NCBI GenBank assembly: GCA_046329775.1
Contig: JAXLTX010000002.1
Location: 449,567 to 513,566, forward strand
Length of the DNA: 64,000 nucleotides
Source of the DNA: Chitinophagales bacterium
GTDB lineage: Bacteria > Bacteroidota > Bacteroidia > Chitinophagales > JADIYW01
Reading direction: 5' to 3'
How positions within the stretch are numbered: position 1 is the first letter of the stretch; every line of letters starts with the position of its first letter. A program made the position numbers and the translations under genes. This document shows positions 47,679 through 56,918 of the stretch, piece by piece. Below the pieces are notes generated by a model, which ran no database searches, was not told the origin of the DNA, and saw only the letters and a list, made by a program, of their open reading frames with translations.

Positions 47679-48653
47679 CTAATAGTTGCGTTCTGTAATG
47701 TAATTGACAAGATCAATCATACCGGTTTTTGCCGGTGATTCTTCAATCGTCTTGATGATATCAAAGGCGCGGTGCTTATATTCATACATCATCTCTTCTG
47801 TATATCTTATACCGCCTTTTGATTTGATGAACTGAATCAGCTCATCCACCTTAGCCCTATCTTCATTGTGATTCTTTACCGTATTGATTATCCATTTCTT
47901 CTCTGACAGTGAAGAATTATTCAGGGTATAGATAAGTGGCAATGTCATTTTACGCTCCTTGATATCAATACCGCGAGGTTTCCCTATATCTGCCTCTCCG
48001 TAATCAAATAAATCATCCTTAATCTGGAAAGCTATACCGATGTACTCCCCTATCTGGCGCAATTTTTCTATCAAATCCTTATTGTCCGTCGTGGAAGCAG
48101 CTCCCACCTCACAGGCTGCAGCAATCAGCGAAGCAGTTTTGTTTCGGATAATTTCAAAATAGATGCTTTCGTCAATATCAAGTTTACGTGCCTTTTCCAT
48201 TTGAAGCAATTCCCCCTCACTCATGCGTTTAACGGCTGTAGATGTAATATGTAACAGATTATAATTTTGAGTATCTAAGGCCAACAACAGACCTTTAGAA
48301 AGAAAATAATCACCTACCAGCACCGCTATCTTGTTTTTCCACAAGGCATTAATGGAAAAGAAACCACGGCGTTCGTAGGAGTCATCCACCACATCGTCAT
48401 GTACCAGTGTGGCGGTATGCAGCAATTCCACCAAGGATGCACCTATATATGTGGCTTCAGTGACTGCTCCGCACATTTTGGCTGCCAGAAAGATAAACAT
48501 GGGACGTACCTGCTTTCCTTTGCGCTGATAGATATAATAATTCACCTTATCCAACAGGGATACCTGACTTCGCATCACCTCTCGAAACTTCTCTTCAAAC
48601 AACTCCAATTCTTTCTCAATCGGTGCTTTTAATATATCTACTTGATTGCTCAA
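47679..48653 (-). CDS. polyprenyl diphosphate synthase (IspB-like, trans-isoprenyl diphosphate synthase family)
   Basis: First Asp-rich motif LVHDDVVDDS and second Asp-rich motif FQIKDDLFDY. The called start codon is a TTG; the conserved N-terminal helix (ILKAPIEKELELFEEKF) argues against the first ATG, which is far downstream. Confidence 0.9.
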   Translation of the reverse strand: MSNQVDILKAPIEKELELFEEKFREVMRSQVSLLDKVNYYIYQRKGKQVRPMFIFLAAKMCGAVTEATYIGASLVELLHTATLVHDDVVDDSYERRGFFSINALWKNKIAVLVGDYFLSKGLLLALDTQNYNLLHITSTAVKRMSEGELLQMEKARKLDIDESIYFEIIRNKTASLIAAACEVGAASTTDNKDLIEKLRQIGEYIGIAFQIKDDLFDYGEADIGKPRGIDIKERKMTLPLIYTLNNSSLSEKKWIINTVKNHNEDRAKVDELIQFIKSKGGIRYTEEMMYEYKHRAFDIIKTIEESPAKTGMIDLVNYITERNY

Positions 48654-48715
48654 CGATTGTTATTTTTGTAAAGGTAAACGATTAATTCGTTGCACAATAT
48701 ACAAACTTTAAAAAC

Positions 48716-49549
48716 ATGGAAAAAGCTGAACTCCTGATAAATGGCTCTAAAGGAAAATCAATTCAGATAGATATTTCCTACATCAGAACTTACCAGACAA
48801 AGCCGGTAATTGTCTTTTGCCATGGATTTAAAGGGTTTAAGAACTGGGGGCATTTCGATCTTATCGCACAGTATTGCGCGCTACAAGGATTTGTCTTTGT
48901 AAAATTTAATTTCTCACACAACGGCACCACCATAGAACAACCGCTCGACTTTGCAGACCTGCAGGCGTTTGGTGACAATAATTTCTCTATCGAGCTGAAT
49001 GACCTTGGATTTGTTTTAGACCATCTCGAAACCCATGCAGATAACTATGAAGTGGAAAATAGGGAAATCTACCTCATTGGACACAGCCGTGGTGGTGGAA
49101 TTGCCATTTTGAAAGCACAGGATGACAATCGCATTAAGAAACTCTGCACCTGGGCCAGTATAAAAGATGTTTCCGACTTTTTCCTTCATCAAAATCTGGA
49201 AAAATGGAAAGCGGAAGGGCAGATATATACTTTCAATGCACGCACAGGACAGAACATGCCGTTACATTTTCAACTGTATGAAAACTATGTAATGAATAAA
49301 GTAAGACTGGACATACAACAGGCTGCAAAAAACATCCGAATCCCCTGGCTCATCATTCACGGCACCAACGACACCTCGGTACCTCACACATGTGCGGAGC
49401 AACTGCATCTGTGGAATCCTCAAAGTGAACTGACTATGATAGAATCCGCAGATCACACCTTTGGTGGCAAGCACCCTTGGATGGCTGCAGAACTACCCGA
49501 ACACACCAACACGCTGCTAAATAAGACAATTTCCTTTTTGAAAAAATAA
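48716..49549 (+). CDS. alpha/beta hydrolase
   Basis: VFCHGFKGF (oxyanion region), nucleophile elbow GHSRGG, then GTNDTSV and ADHTF, consistent with a Ser-Asp-His triad. Confidence 0.7.
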   Translation: MEKAELLINGSKGKSIQIDISYIRTYQTKPVIVFCHGFKGFKNWGHFDLIAQYCALQGFVFVKFNFSHNGTTIEQPLDFADLQAFGDNNFSIELNDLGFVLDHLETHADNYEVENREIYLIGHSRGGGIAILKAQDDNRIKKLCTWASIKDVSDFFLHQNLEKWKAEGQIYTFNARTGQNMPLHFQLYENYVMNKVRLDIQQAAKNIRIPWLIIHGTNDTSVPHTCAEQLHLWNPQSELTMIESADHTFGGKHPWMAAELPEHTNTLLNKTISFLKK

Positions 49550-49576
49550 AAAAAGACGGCATCTAAAGATGCCGTC
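49541..49576 (-). terminator. intrinsic terminator for the minus-strand PSP1/RicT gene (possibly shared with the convergent hydrolase gene)
   Basis: gacggcatc (49555..49563) pairs with gatgccgtc (49568..49576) around a 4-nt loop. The plus-strand a-rich run 49541..49554 becomes a T-run after the hairpin on the minus strand. Confidence 0.65.
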
Positions 49577-49594
49577 ACAAACAATATATCATTC

Positions 49595-50998
49595 TTAAGA
49601 TTCTTTGGAGGGATTGTTCTTATTCGGTTGGTTATTGCCCGATTTTCCTTGATTCTGCTGTTTTCCCTGATTGTTTTGGTTATTCTGATTACTCTGCTTA
49701 GGTCCACGGTTTTGATTTGGACGATTTCTTTGATTGGACTGTCCGCCCTGCTTCTGCTGCTGTCCCTGTGAAGGATTGTTCTGCTGTGGACGATTTTGTT
49801 GCTTATTCTGTGGAGGTCTGTTTTGCGGATTCGGCTGATTTTGCGGATTGGAATTTTTGCGTTGTTGCTGCGCCTTCGCCTTGTTCCTATGGTGATTCCT
49901 CTTATCTTTTCTATCCAGACTAGCGAGAGAAATCTGACCTACCACATCGGCAAACTCTATGCTTTCTTCTTCCGTCTTTTCTTCCACTTCCGCCAAATCT
50001 GTGATGTCTGCCGGTTTTTTACCATTGGCATTCATCTCCAATACCATTTTCACATTTTCCAAAGAAATCGGATAAAAAGTACCGGAGCCTTTCACCGTGT
50101 AGAACATCAATCCTTTCAGAATATCTGTTTTCATAAGACGTGCATCTCCTGTTTCCAACTGTAAGGTATCCGCCTTTTCGGGCACAAAACGCAAAGCATC
50201 CAGATAGGTATCCAACTCATAATTAAGGCAACATTTCAAACGTCCACATTGCCCGCTGAGTTTGGTCTGATTGATGGACAGGTTTTGATAACGGGCGGCA
50301 GATGTATTGACAGATTTAAAACTGGTCAACCAGGTGGAGCAGCACAACTCGCGGCCACAGGAACCAATGCCCCCCACGATACCCGCTTCCTGACGAGCGC
50401 CTATCTGACGCATTTCTATTTTCACCTTAAATTCCGCTGCCAATACCTTTATCAGCTCACGAAAATCCACACGACCATCAGCGGTGTAGTAAAAGGTTGC
50501 CTTTTTACCATCTGCCTGATACTGCACATCCCCGAGTTTCATATCCAATCCCAGATTTCTGGCCAGTACACGTGCCTTCAACATCGTTTGCTTTTCCTTG
50601 GCACGTGCCTGCTCCATCAGGTTCAGCTCATTGTCTTTAGCAATACGAAGAATGCTTCGGATATCCTCAGAATTCTCTTTCACACGTTTGCGCTTCATCT
50701 GCAGACGCACCAGTTCACCGCTCAGTGTCACCTGCCCCAGGTCGTAGCCTTGGGCGGCTTCCACAATCACGTAATCGCCGGTGAAGACATCAAAACGTTT
50801 ATCGTTTCGGTAAAAACCTTTGCGAGAGCCGTTTTTAAAACTCACCTCATGAATATTATATTTGGCATAAGGATCAGCAGTGATATCACTGAGCCAATCA
50901 TGCACTTCCAGTTTAGAGCATCCGCCAGTAGCGCAATGTCCGTTGTTTTTACATCCGCCGGGCGTGGAACCCGAGGTACCGCAACTATTACAACTCAT
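49595..50998 (-). CDS. PSP1-domain protein (RicT/YaaT-like) with an N-terminal Cys-rich segment and a C-terminal Q/N-rich tail
   Basis: ORF 49595..51067; the ATG at 50998 gives MSCNSCGTSGSTPGGCKNNGHCATGGCSKLEVHDW. The PSP1 core is VIVEAAQGYDLGQV...GSCGRELCCSTWL...CGRLKCCLNYE. The last 100 aa are dominated by Q, N and P. Confidence 0.8.
   Translation of the reverse strand: MSCNSCGTSGSTPGGCKNNGHCATGGCSKLEVHDWLSDITADPYAKYNIHEVSFKNGSRKGFYRNDKRFDVFTGDYVIVEAAQGYDLGQVTLSGELVRLQMKRKRVKENSEDIRSILRIAKDNELNLMEQARAKEKQTMLKARVLARNLGLDMKLGDVQYQADGKKATFYYTADGRVDFRELIKVLAAEFKVKIEMRQIGARQEAGIVGGIGSCGRELCCSTWLTSFKSVNTSAARYQNLSINQTKLSGQCGRLKCCLNYELDTYLDALRFVPEKADTLQLETGDARLMKTDILKGLMFYTVKGSGTFYPISLENVKMVLEMNANGKKPADITDLAEVEEKTEEESIEFADVVGQISLASLDRKDKRNHHRNKAKAQQQRKNSNPQNQPNPQNRPPQNKQQNRPQQNNPSQGQQQKQGGQSNQRNRPNQNRGPKQSNQNNQNNQGKQQNQGKSGNNQPNKNNPSKES
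49598..49897 (-). repeat. Q/N/P-rich low-complexity coding tail (100 codons)
   Basis: The translation is NHHRNKAKAQQQRKNSNPQNQPNPQNRPPQNKQQNRPQQNNPSQGQQQKQGGQSNQRNRPNQNRGPKQSNQNNQNNQGKQQNQGKSGNNQPNKNNPSKES. Confidence 0.8.
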
Positions 50999-51537
50999 TT
51001 TATCTTTAGTATTGAGTAGCCTGAACTTAGTGGAAAAAACCATGCTGAACCGGCTGAATATGAACAATTAGTTTTACGCTTCCAAAACTTGCAAACAAGT
51101 TTAAACAAGACGTAAGGCAAAAATACGCTAAAAAATGAGATTTTGGAACGGAAGTTTTAAGCAAATGTTAATGAAATGAAGTCCCGTTTGCAGAAATTGC
51201 CACTGAATTGCTATAAACTAAAAGAAATCGGAAAATCATCGGAAACAGAATTACTTCTTTATCAGGACATCAGAAAATCGTCATTAAAACTATTTCACAT
51301 CACCCTATAACAGGAAAGTTAAGAATGATTTGAAGAAATGTCTTAAGACATCCATTTTCTAGCAATATAATTTCAGGCTGCAATACGATGACTCCATACA
51401 ATCAGGATGTCGTGTCAAACTACTGATGCTTCAGAACATTTTTATCATAGCAATGATGCATCTTTCCCATTAATTAACAAACGCCAACTCTCTTTAATGA
51501 GTATTAGAAGTACATTTAGGGCATAAAATGTCTGAGT

Positions 51538-52992
51538 ATGAAAGCTACAGTCCCAATATATGATGTGCTGATTGTTGGTGCGGGTTTGTCCGGCATCGGC
51601 GCGGCTTATCATCTGCAAAAAGACTGCCCCAGAAAAACCTTCGCCATTCTGGAAGGCCGCGAATCCATAGGTGGCACCTGGGATTTGTTCCGATATCCTG
51701 GCATACGTTCAGATTCCGATATGTACACCTTAGGGTTTTCCTTTAACCCATGGAAAAACCCCAAAGCCATCGCAGACGGCCCCTCCATTTTACAATACAT
51801 CAAAGATACCGCATCCGAATTTGGTATCGCCCCAAAGATAAAATACAATCATAAGGTATTGGATGCTTCATGGTCGGACGAGGACAAATTCTGGACACTA
51901 AGCGTCAAGGCACACAAAGATGTCACGCAACAACAGATGAGATGTCGATTCCTCTTTATGTGCAGCGGGTACTACGACTATGACAATGGCTACACCCCTG
52001 ATTTTCCGGACATCAGCAAATATGAAGGCAGGGTAATACATCCACAGCACTGGGATGAGCAACTAGACTATAGTGAAAAGAAAGTGATTATCATTGGCAG
52101 TGGCGCAACCGCTGTGACCCTCTTGCCTGAGATGGCAAAAAAGGCTGACAAAGTGTACATGCTTCAACGCACACCTACTTATGTGGTCACATTACCTAGT
52201 GAAGATCCCATAGCACTTTCATTACGAAAGGTATTGCCTGAAAAGGATGCTTATCAGGTAATCAGGTGGAAAAATATACTCATCAGCATGGGCTTTTATA
52301 ATGCCTGTAAACAATGGCCGGATGCCATCAAAAAAATCATTTTAAAAGGTGTACGGAGGCAGATGGGAAATGACTATGATATGCGCCATTTTGATCCACC
52401 TTACAATCCCTGGGACCAACGTTTGTGTGTGGTGCCGGATGCTGATTTGTTCAAGGCGGTAAAAAGCGGTAAAGCTGAAGTGGTGACAGACCATATTGAA
52501 CGCTTTACCCAAAAAGGGATTTTACTAAAATCCGGCAGAACACTGGAAGCGGATATTGTGGTGACAGCCACAGGACTGAAAGTACAGCTCCTTGGTGGCA
52601 TGACAGTACATATCAACGGAAAGGCTGCAAAGGCTTCGGAATCACATTGCTATAAAGGTATCATGCTCAGCAATGCGCCCAATTTTGCATTTATAGTTGG
52701 CTACACCAATTCCTCCTGGACGTTGAAAGCGGACCTGAGCAGTCTTTTTTTTACACGTCTGTTGAATTATATGGACAAGAAAGGATATACCGTCTGTACA
52801 CCAAAGTTCAGAGATGGAGAAATGGATTCCAGGCCTCTGCTTGATTTTGGTGCTGGTTATGTACAACGTGCATTTAATGATTTACCCAAACAAGGCAGCA
52901 AACTACCGTGGAAAGTTTATCAGAATTATATCATAGACACCTTGTCGTTGAAACTAAGTCCGGTAAATGATCCATACCTTGAATACCAATAA
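51538..52992 (+). CDS. flavin-dependent monooxygenase (Baeyer-Villiger / FMO class B type)
   Basis: FAD site VLIVGAGLSGIGAAY. BVMO/FMO fingerprint YEGRVIHPQHWD (FxGxxxHxxxW[PD]-like). The NADP site is VIIIGSGATAV. Confidence 0.85.
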   Translation: MKATVPIYDVLIVGAGLSGIGAAYHLQKDCPRKTFAILEGRESIGGTWDLFRYPGIRSDSDMYTLGFSFNPWKNPKAIADGPSILQYIKDTASEFGIAPKIKYNHKVLDASWSDEDKFWTLSVKAHKDVTQQQMRCRFLFMCSGYYDYDNGYTPDFPDISKYEGRVIHPQHWDEQLDYSEKKVIIIGSGATAVTLLPEMAKKADKVYMLQRTPTYVVTLPSEDPIALSLRKVLPEKDAYQVIRWKNILISMGFYNACKQWPDAIKKIILKGVRRQMGNDYDMRHFDPPYNPWDQRLCVVPDADLFKAVKSGKAEVVTDHIERFTQKGILLKSGRTLEADIVVTATGLKVQLLGGMTVHINGKAAKASESHCYKGIMLSNAPNFAFIVGYTNSSWTLKADLSSLFFTRLLNYMDKKGYTVCTPKFRDGEMDSRPLLDFGAGYVQRAFNDLPKQGSKLPWKVYQNYIIDTLSLKLSPVNDPYLEYQ

Positions 52993-53072
52993 AAAGCTAA
53001 ATTATCGCTGCTACTCAATCTTCAATATTTTTAAAACATTGATAACCAAACACTTAATATTTTTAAGAAAAA

Positions 53073-53125
53073 TTAATCACATGATTAAAATCATTGTTTA
53101 AGTCATGCTTTAGTGTTTAGCTTTG
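53073..53125 (+). promoter_or_regulatory. candidate TetR operator palindrome plus promoter upstream of the efflux operon
   Basis: Perfect inverted repeat TTAATCA-ca-TGATTAA at 53073..53088. Downstream are aTTG (53094..53096) and the TAGCTTTG -7-type box (53118..53125), just before the tetR ATG (53132). Confidence 0.4.
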
Positions 53126-53131
53126 TATAGC

Positions 53132-53755
53132 ATGGCTAAAATGGATATCAGTACGGAGGGAAAAATCAAAGCGGCAGCAAAAAAATTGTTCACTAAGAAT
53201 GGTTTTGAAGCTACACGTACCCGTGATATTGCTGAAGAAGCCGGTATCAATCTGGCATTGCTCAACTATTATTTCCGCAGCAAACAGAAACTTTTCGAGG
53301 TGGTGATGCGGGAAAATGTCACCTTGTTTCTTGGGAGCATCCTGGAAACCATCAACAAGAATCAACACCTGACTTTTGATGAAAAAATAGAACTGCTGAT
53401 AGATCAATATATTGATATGCTGTTGGCAAATCCTGATTTGCCATTTTTCATCTTGAGTATCAGCCGTACAGAAGAATTTAAGAAGGATGACAGTGACAAT
53501 CCTATTTTGCAGAGTATGAAACTGATGCGAGCTTCATTTATGCAAACAATTTTGGCAGACATACAGTCCGGCAAGTTAAAACCGGTACATCCGCTACATA
53601 TCATTTCCAATCTGATGTCCATGATCGTTTTTCCATTTGCTGCGAGCGCCTTATTAAAAACACGGACAGGTATCAGCGACGAGGAATTTGAAAAGCTGAT
53701 GTTAGAGAGAAAAAAACTAATTCCTGTCTGGATAAAAGCAATGTTTGACAACTAA
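53132..53755 (+). CDS. TetR/AcrR-family transcriptional regulator
   Basis: N-terminal HTH AAKKLFTKNGFEATRTRDIAEEAGINLALLNYYFRSKQKLF. The ORF-track start at 53123 is a TTG inside the putative -7 box; the ATG at 53132 is preferred. Confidence 0.85.
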   Translation: MAKMDISTEGKIKAAAKKLFTKNGFEATRTRDIAEEAGINLALLNYYFRSKQKLFEVVMRENVTLFLGSILETINKNQHLTFDEKIELLIDQYIDMLLANPDLPFFILSISRTEEFKKDDSDNPILQSMKLMRASFMQTILADIQSGKLKPVHPLHIISNLMSMIVFPFAASALLKTRTGISDEEFEKLMLERKKLIPVWIKAMFDN

Positions 53756-53788
53756 ACGAAAAGCATGACAACAACAGAATATATAGAT

Positions 53789-55054
53789 ATGAAAAGACTC
53801 CTTTTGCCTCTCCTTTTTTTATTTCCGCTTGCCTATATGAATGCACAGGAAAACAACATTATCACGATAGAGCAATGTTATCGACAGGCAGAAAGCAATT
53901 ACCCTATGGCAAAGCAACACGAGCTGATTGAGAAATCCAAGCAATATTCTATTGACAACATTTCCAAAGGTATCTATCCTCAGTTTAACGTGAGCGGTGC
54001 CATTACCTATCAGTCGGATGTGACGAAAATTGAAATCCCGATTCCTGGCATCAGTATTCCAACTCCGGCCAAAGACCAGTATAAACTATATGGTGAACTA
54101 TCACAGTCTTTGACAGATTTCCCACAAAATAAACTGCAGAAACAGCTAAAAGAGGCGGATGCTGGTGTACAGCATGCCAACCTGAATGCTGAATTGTACA
54201 AACTCAGGGAGCGCATCAACAATCTGTTTTTCGGGGCATTGATGATTGATGAGCAATTAAAACAAAGCGACCTGCTGAAAAAAGATATTGAAATCGGCAT
54301 ACAGCAAATGCAAGCGGCTATCGATAACGGTACTGGTTTTCGAAGTAACGTGGATAAACTGAAAGCAGAACTGTTAAAAGTAAGCCAGAAAGACATCGAA
54401 TTAAAGGCTTCACGGAAAGCGTACACCGATATGCTTGGCTTATTTATTAACAAGCTGATTGATGAAAAAACCATATTGGAGCAACCTGCCGCACCCTTAT
54501 TTTATGATTCCATTAACCGACCTGAGCTACAGGTCTTTGATCTTCAACGACAGGCTGCTATGCTACAACGCAAACTGATAGCCACAAAAAGCTATCCGAA
54601 ACTCAATGCGTTTTTTCAGGGTGGCATCGGAAAACCTTCTCCGGTAAATATGCTGGACAGAGGTTTCAGTCCATACTACATAACAGGTGTGCGATTAAAC
54701 TGGAACATGGGTAGCATGTACACATTCAAGAAAGAACGCCTGCTGAATGAAAATGACCTAAAAACAATAGATATTCAGCAAAATACCTTTCTTTTCAACA
54801 CAAAAGTATCTGTTACACAACAACAGGCAGATATTATAAAATTTGAGCAGCTTATACGATCCGATGCTGAAATCATTGCATTGAGAGCTTCCGTAAAGCA
54901 AACATCGGCAGCACAACTTGAAAACGGAGTCATCACCACAAACGACTACCTCAAAGAAGTACATGAAGAGGATGCGGCAAGACAAAGTATGATATTACAT
55001 AAAATGCAATTGCTGATGACGCAATACGCAGAAAAAACAACCACCGGCAATTAA
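53789..55054 (+). CDS. TolC-family outer-membrane efflux protein
   Basis: Signal peptide from the ATG at 53789 (MKRLLLPLLFLFPLAYMNAQ). It has a two-repeat helical/beta architecture and the operon context fits. ORF 53765..55054. Confidence 0.75.
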   Translation: MKRLLLPLLFLFPLAYMNAQENNIITIEQCYRQAESNYPMAKQHELIEKSKQYSIDNISKGIYPQFNVSGAITYQSDVTKIEIPIPGISIPTPAKDQYKLYGELSQSLTDFPQNKLQKQLKEADAGVQHANLNAELYKLRERINNLFFGALMIDEQLKQSDLLKKDIEIGIQQMQAAIDNGTGFRSNVDKLKAELLKVSQKDIELKASRKAYTDMLGLFINKLIDEKTILEQPAAPLFYDSINRPELQVFDLQRQAAMLQRKLIATKSYPKLNAFFQGGIGKPSPVNMLDRGFSPYYITGVRLNWNMGSMYTFKKERLLNENDLKTIDIQQNTFLFNTKVSVTQQQADIIKFEQLIRSDAEIIALRASVKQTSAAQLENGVITTNDYLKEVHEEDAARQSMILHKMQLLMTQYAEKTTTGN

Positions 55055-55075
55055 ATAATCTCTAACACAATAGAT

Positions 55076-56008
55076 ATGAAACAACTCTTGTTTATAACAT
55101 TATCCGCACTGATTTTGACATCGTGCAACCGAAACGGCAATAAATCCGATGCTTCCGGCGTATTTGAATCAGATGAAGTGATCGTATCCGCAGAACAATC
55201 CGGTAAAATACTCTCCTTTCTGGTAAATGAAGGTGATGTGCTGGAAAAAGGAAAAAACGTAGGACAGATTGATGTCTCGAATTTCCAGTTTCAGAAGGAA
55301 CAGATTAAAACAACCATTCAGACATTGGCACAAAAAACCAATAATCCGGAACCTCAATTGCAATTGGTGAAAGACCAGCTGGCCGTACAGGAAACCAATC
55401 TCAAATACCTTCAACAGGAGAGAGACCGTATCGGACGTTTATTGAAAGCTGATGCAGCCACACAAAAGCAATACGATGACATGCAGGCGAAAATTGATGA
55501 ACTGATGAAACAGATGGCTGTAACGAAGCAACAGATTAAACTCTATTCCAGCAACATCGCCACACAAAACAGGAGCATCCTGAGCGAGCGAAATCCGTTG
55601 GAAAAATCTGTAGCACAAGTGGACAATCAGATCAATAAGGGACAAATCATCAACCCCATAAACGGAACGGTGCTGAATAAATTTGCCATGGAAGGTGAAA
55701 TGGCAGGTGCGGGAAAAGCATTATACAAGATTGCGAATCTGGATACACTTACTTTAAGGATTTATATTACCGGCTCACAATTGGTCTCCGTAAAATTGGG
55801 TCAGGACGTGAAAGTACAAATAGACAATGGAAAAGATGCCTATAAATCATATCCCGGTAAAATATCCTGGATTTCCAACAAGTCGGAATTCACACCTAAA
55901 ACCATACAGACAAAAGATGAGAGGGCAAACCTGGTGTATGCCGTAAAAGTAAGAGTACCCAACGATGGTTTTCTTAAAATAGGGATGTACGGTGAAGTAA
56001 ATTTTTAA
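55076..56008 (+). CDS. HlyD-family periplasmic adaptor (membrane fusion protein)
   Basis: Lipobox-like LILTSC, a biotinyl/lipoyl-like hairpin (VSAEQSGKILSFLVNEGDVLEKG), a long coiled-coil segment and a C-terminal beta-barrel (PGKISWISNKSEFTPK...VYAVKVRV). Confidence 0.85.
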   Translation: MKQLLFITLSALILTSCNRNGNKSDASGVFESDEVIVSAEQSGKILSFLVNEGDVLEKGKNVGQIDVSNFQFQKEQIKTTIQTLAQKTNNPEPQLQLVKDQLAVQETNLKYLQQERDRIGRLLKADAATQKQYDDMQAKIDELMKQMAVTKQQIKLYSSNIATQNRSILSERNPLEKSVAQVDNQINKGQIINPINGTVLNKFAMEGEMAGAGKALYKIANLDTLTLRIYITGSQLVSVKLGQDVKVQIDNGKDAYKSYPGKISWISNKSEFTPKTIQTKDERANLVYAVKVRVPNDGFLKIGMYGEVNF

Positions 56009-56009
56009 G

Positions 56010-56915
56010 ATGATCCTGCTAGACCATATCACCAAGACATACAACAAGGGCGACGTAACAGCCGTGCAGGATATTTCCCTTGATATCAAAGAAGGCGAAA
56101 TATTCGGTTTGATTGGACCGGATGGTGCCGGTAAAACCACACTCTTCCGCATCCTCACCACACTCCTGTTGGCAGACGAAGGCAATGCTTCCGTGAATGG
56201 CCATGATGTGGTAAAAGACTACAAGAAAATCCGGAATGAAGTGGGCTACATGCCTGGCAAGTTCAGTTTGTATCAGGATTTGACCGTAGAAGAAAATCTG
56301 CAATTCTTTGCTACCATCTTCGATACGACCATTGAAGAAAACTACGAACTTATCAGGGATATTTATGTGCAGATAGAACCTTTTAAAACGCGATACGCCG
56401 GACAGCTCTCCGGAGGTATGAAACAAAAGCTGGCACTTTGCTGCGCACTCATTCACAAACCTGTTGTATTGTTTTTAGATGAACCCACCACCGGTGTGGA
56501 TTCAGTCTCCCGCAAAGAATTCTGGGAAATGCTGAAAAACCTGAAAGCACAGGGTATCACCATCATGGTTTCCACACCTTACATGGACGAAGCGAATTTA
56601 TGCGACCGCATCGCGCTGATACAAAAAGGAACTATTCTCAGTGTCAACTCACCTGCAGATATAGTTAAAACATATCCAATGCAATTGTTTGGAGTTAAGA
56701 CTTCCAAACCATATAAAGTGATGACGGAATTGAGAAACCATCCCATGACCAACACTTGTTTTGCCTTTGGTGATTCACTGCACGTAACGTTTAAAGAAAA
56801 CATACTGCCTGAAGACATGAGCAGATTCCTGCAATCCAAAGGATTGGAGGATGTTCACATCGAAGTGATACAGCCTGGCATAGAAGACGAATTCATTCAT
56901 TTATTAAAGAGTTGA
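56010..56915 (+). CDS. ABC transporter ATP-binding protein (first of two)
   Basis: Walker A GPDGAGKTT, signature LSGGMKQKL, Walker B VLFLDEPTTGVD. Confidence 0.9.
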   Translation: MILLDHITKTYNKGDVTAVQDISLDIKEGEIFGLIGPDGAGKTTLFRILTTLLLADEGNASVNGHDVVKDYKKIRNEVGYMPGKFSLYQDLTVEENLQFFATIFDTTIEENYELIRDIYVQIEPFKTRYAGQLSGGMKQKLALCCALIHKPVVLFLDEPTTGVDSVSRKEFWEMLKNLKAQGITIMVSTPYMDEANLCDRIALIQKGTILSVNSPADIVKTYPMQLFGVKTSKPYKVMTELRNHPMTNTCFAFGDSLHVTFKENILPEDMSRFLQSKGLEDVHIEVIQPGIEDEFIHLLKS

Positions 56916-56918
56916 ATC

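Noticed and set aside
50249-51019. A 256-aa plus-strand ORF antisense to the PSP1/RicT gene.
   Set aside because: It lies entirely within, and antisense to, a gene with clear conserved motifs. Its translation has no recognisable domain. It is a typical shadow ORF.
51176-51310. A 44-codon ATG ORF (MKSRLQKLPLNCYKLKEIGK…) in the long spacer.
   Set aside because: It has no recognisable promoter spacing, no signal or TM features and no supporting evidence. It is mentioned only as a possibility inside the spacer finding.
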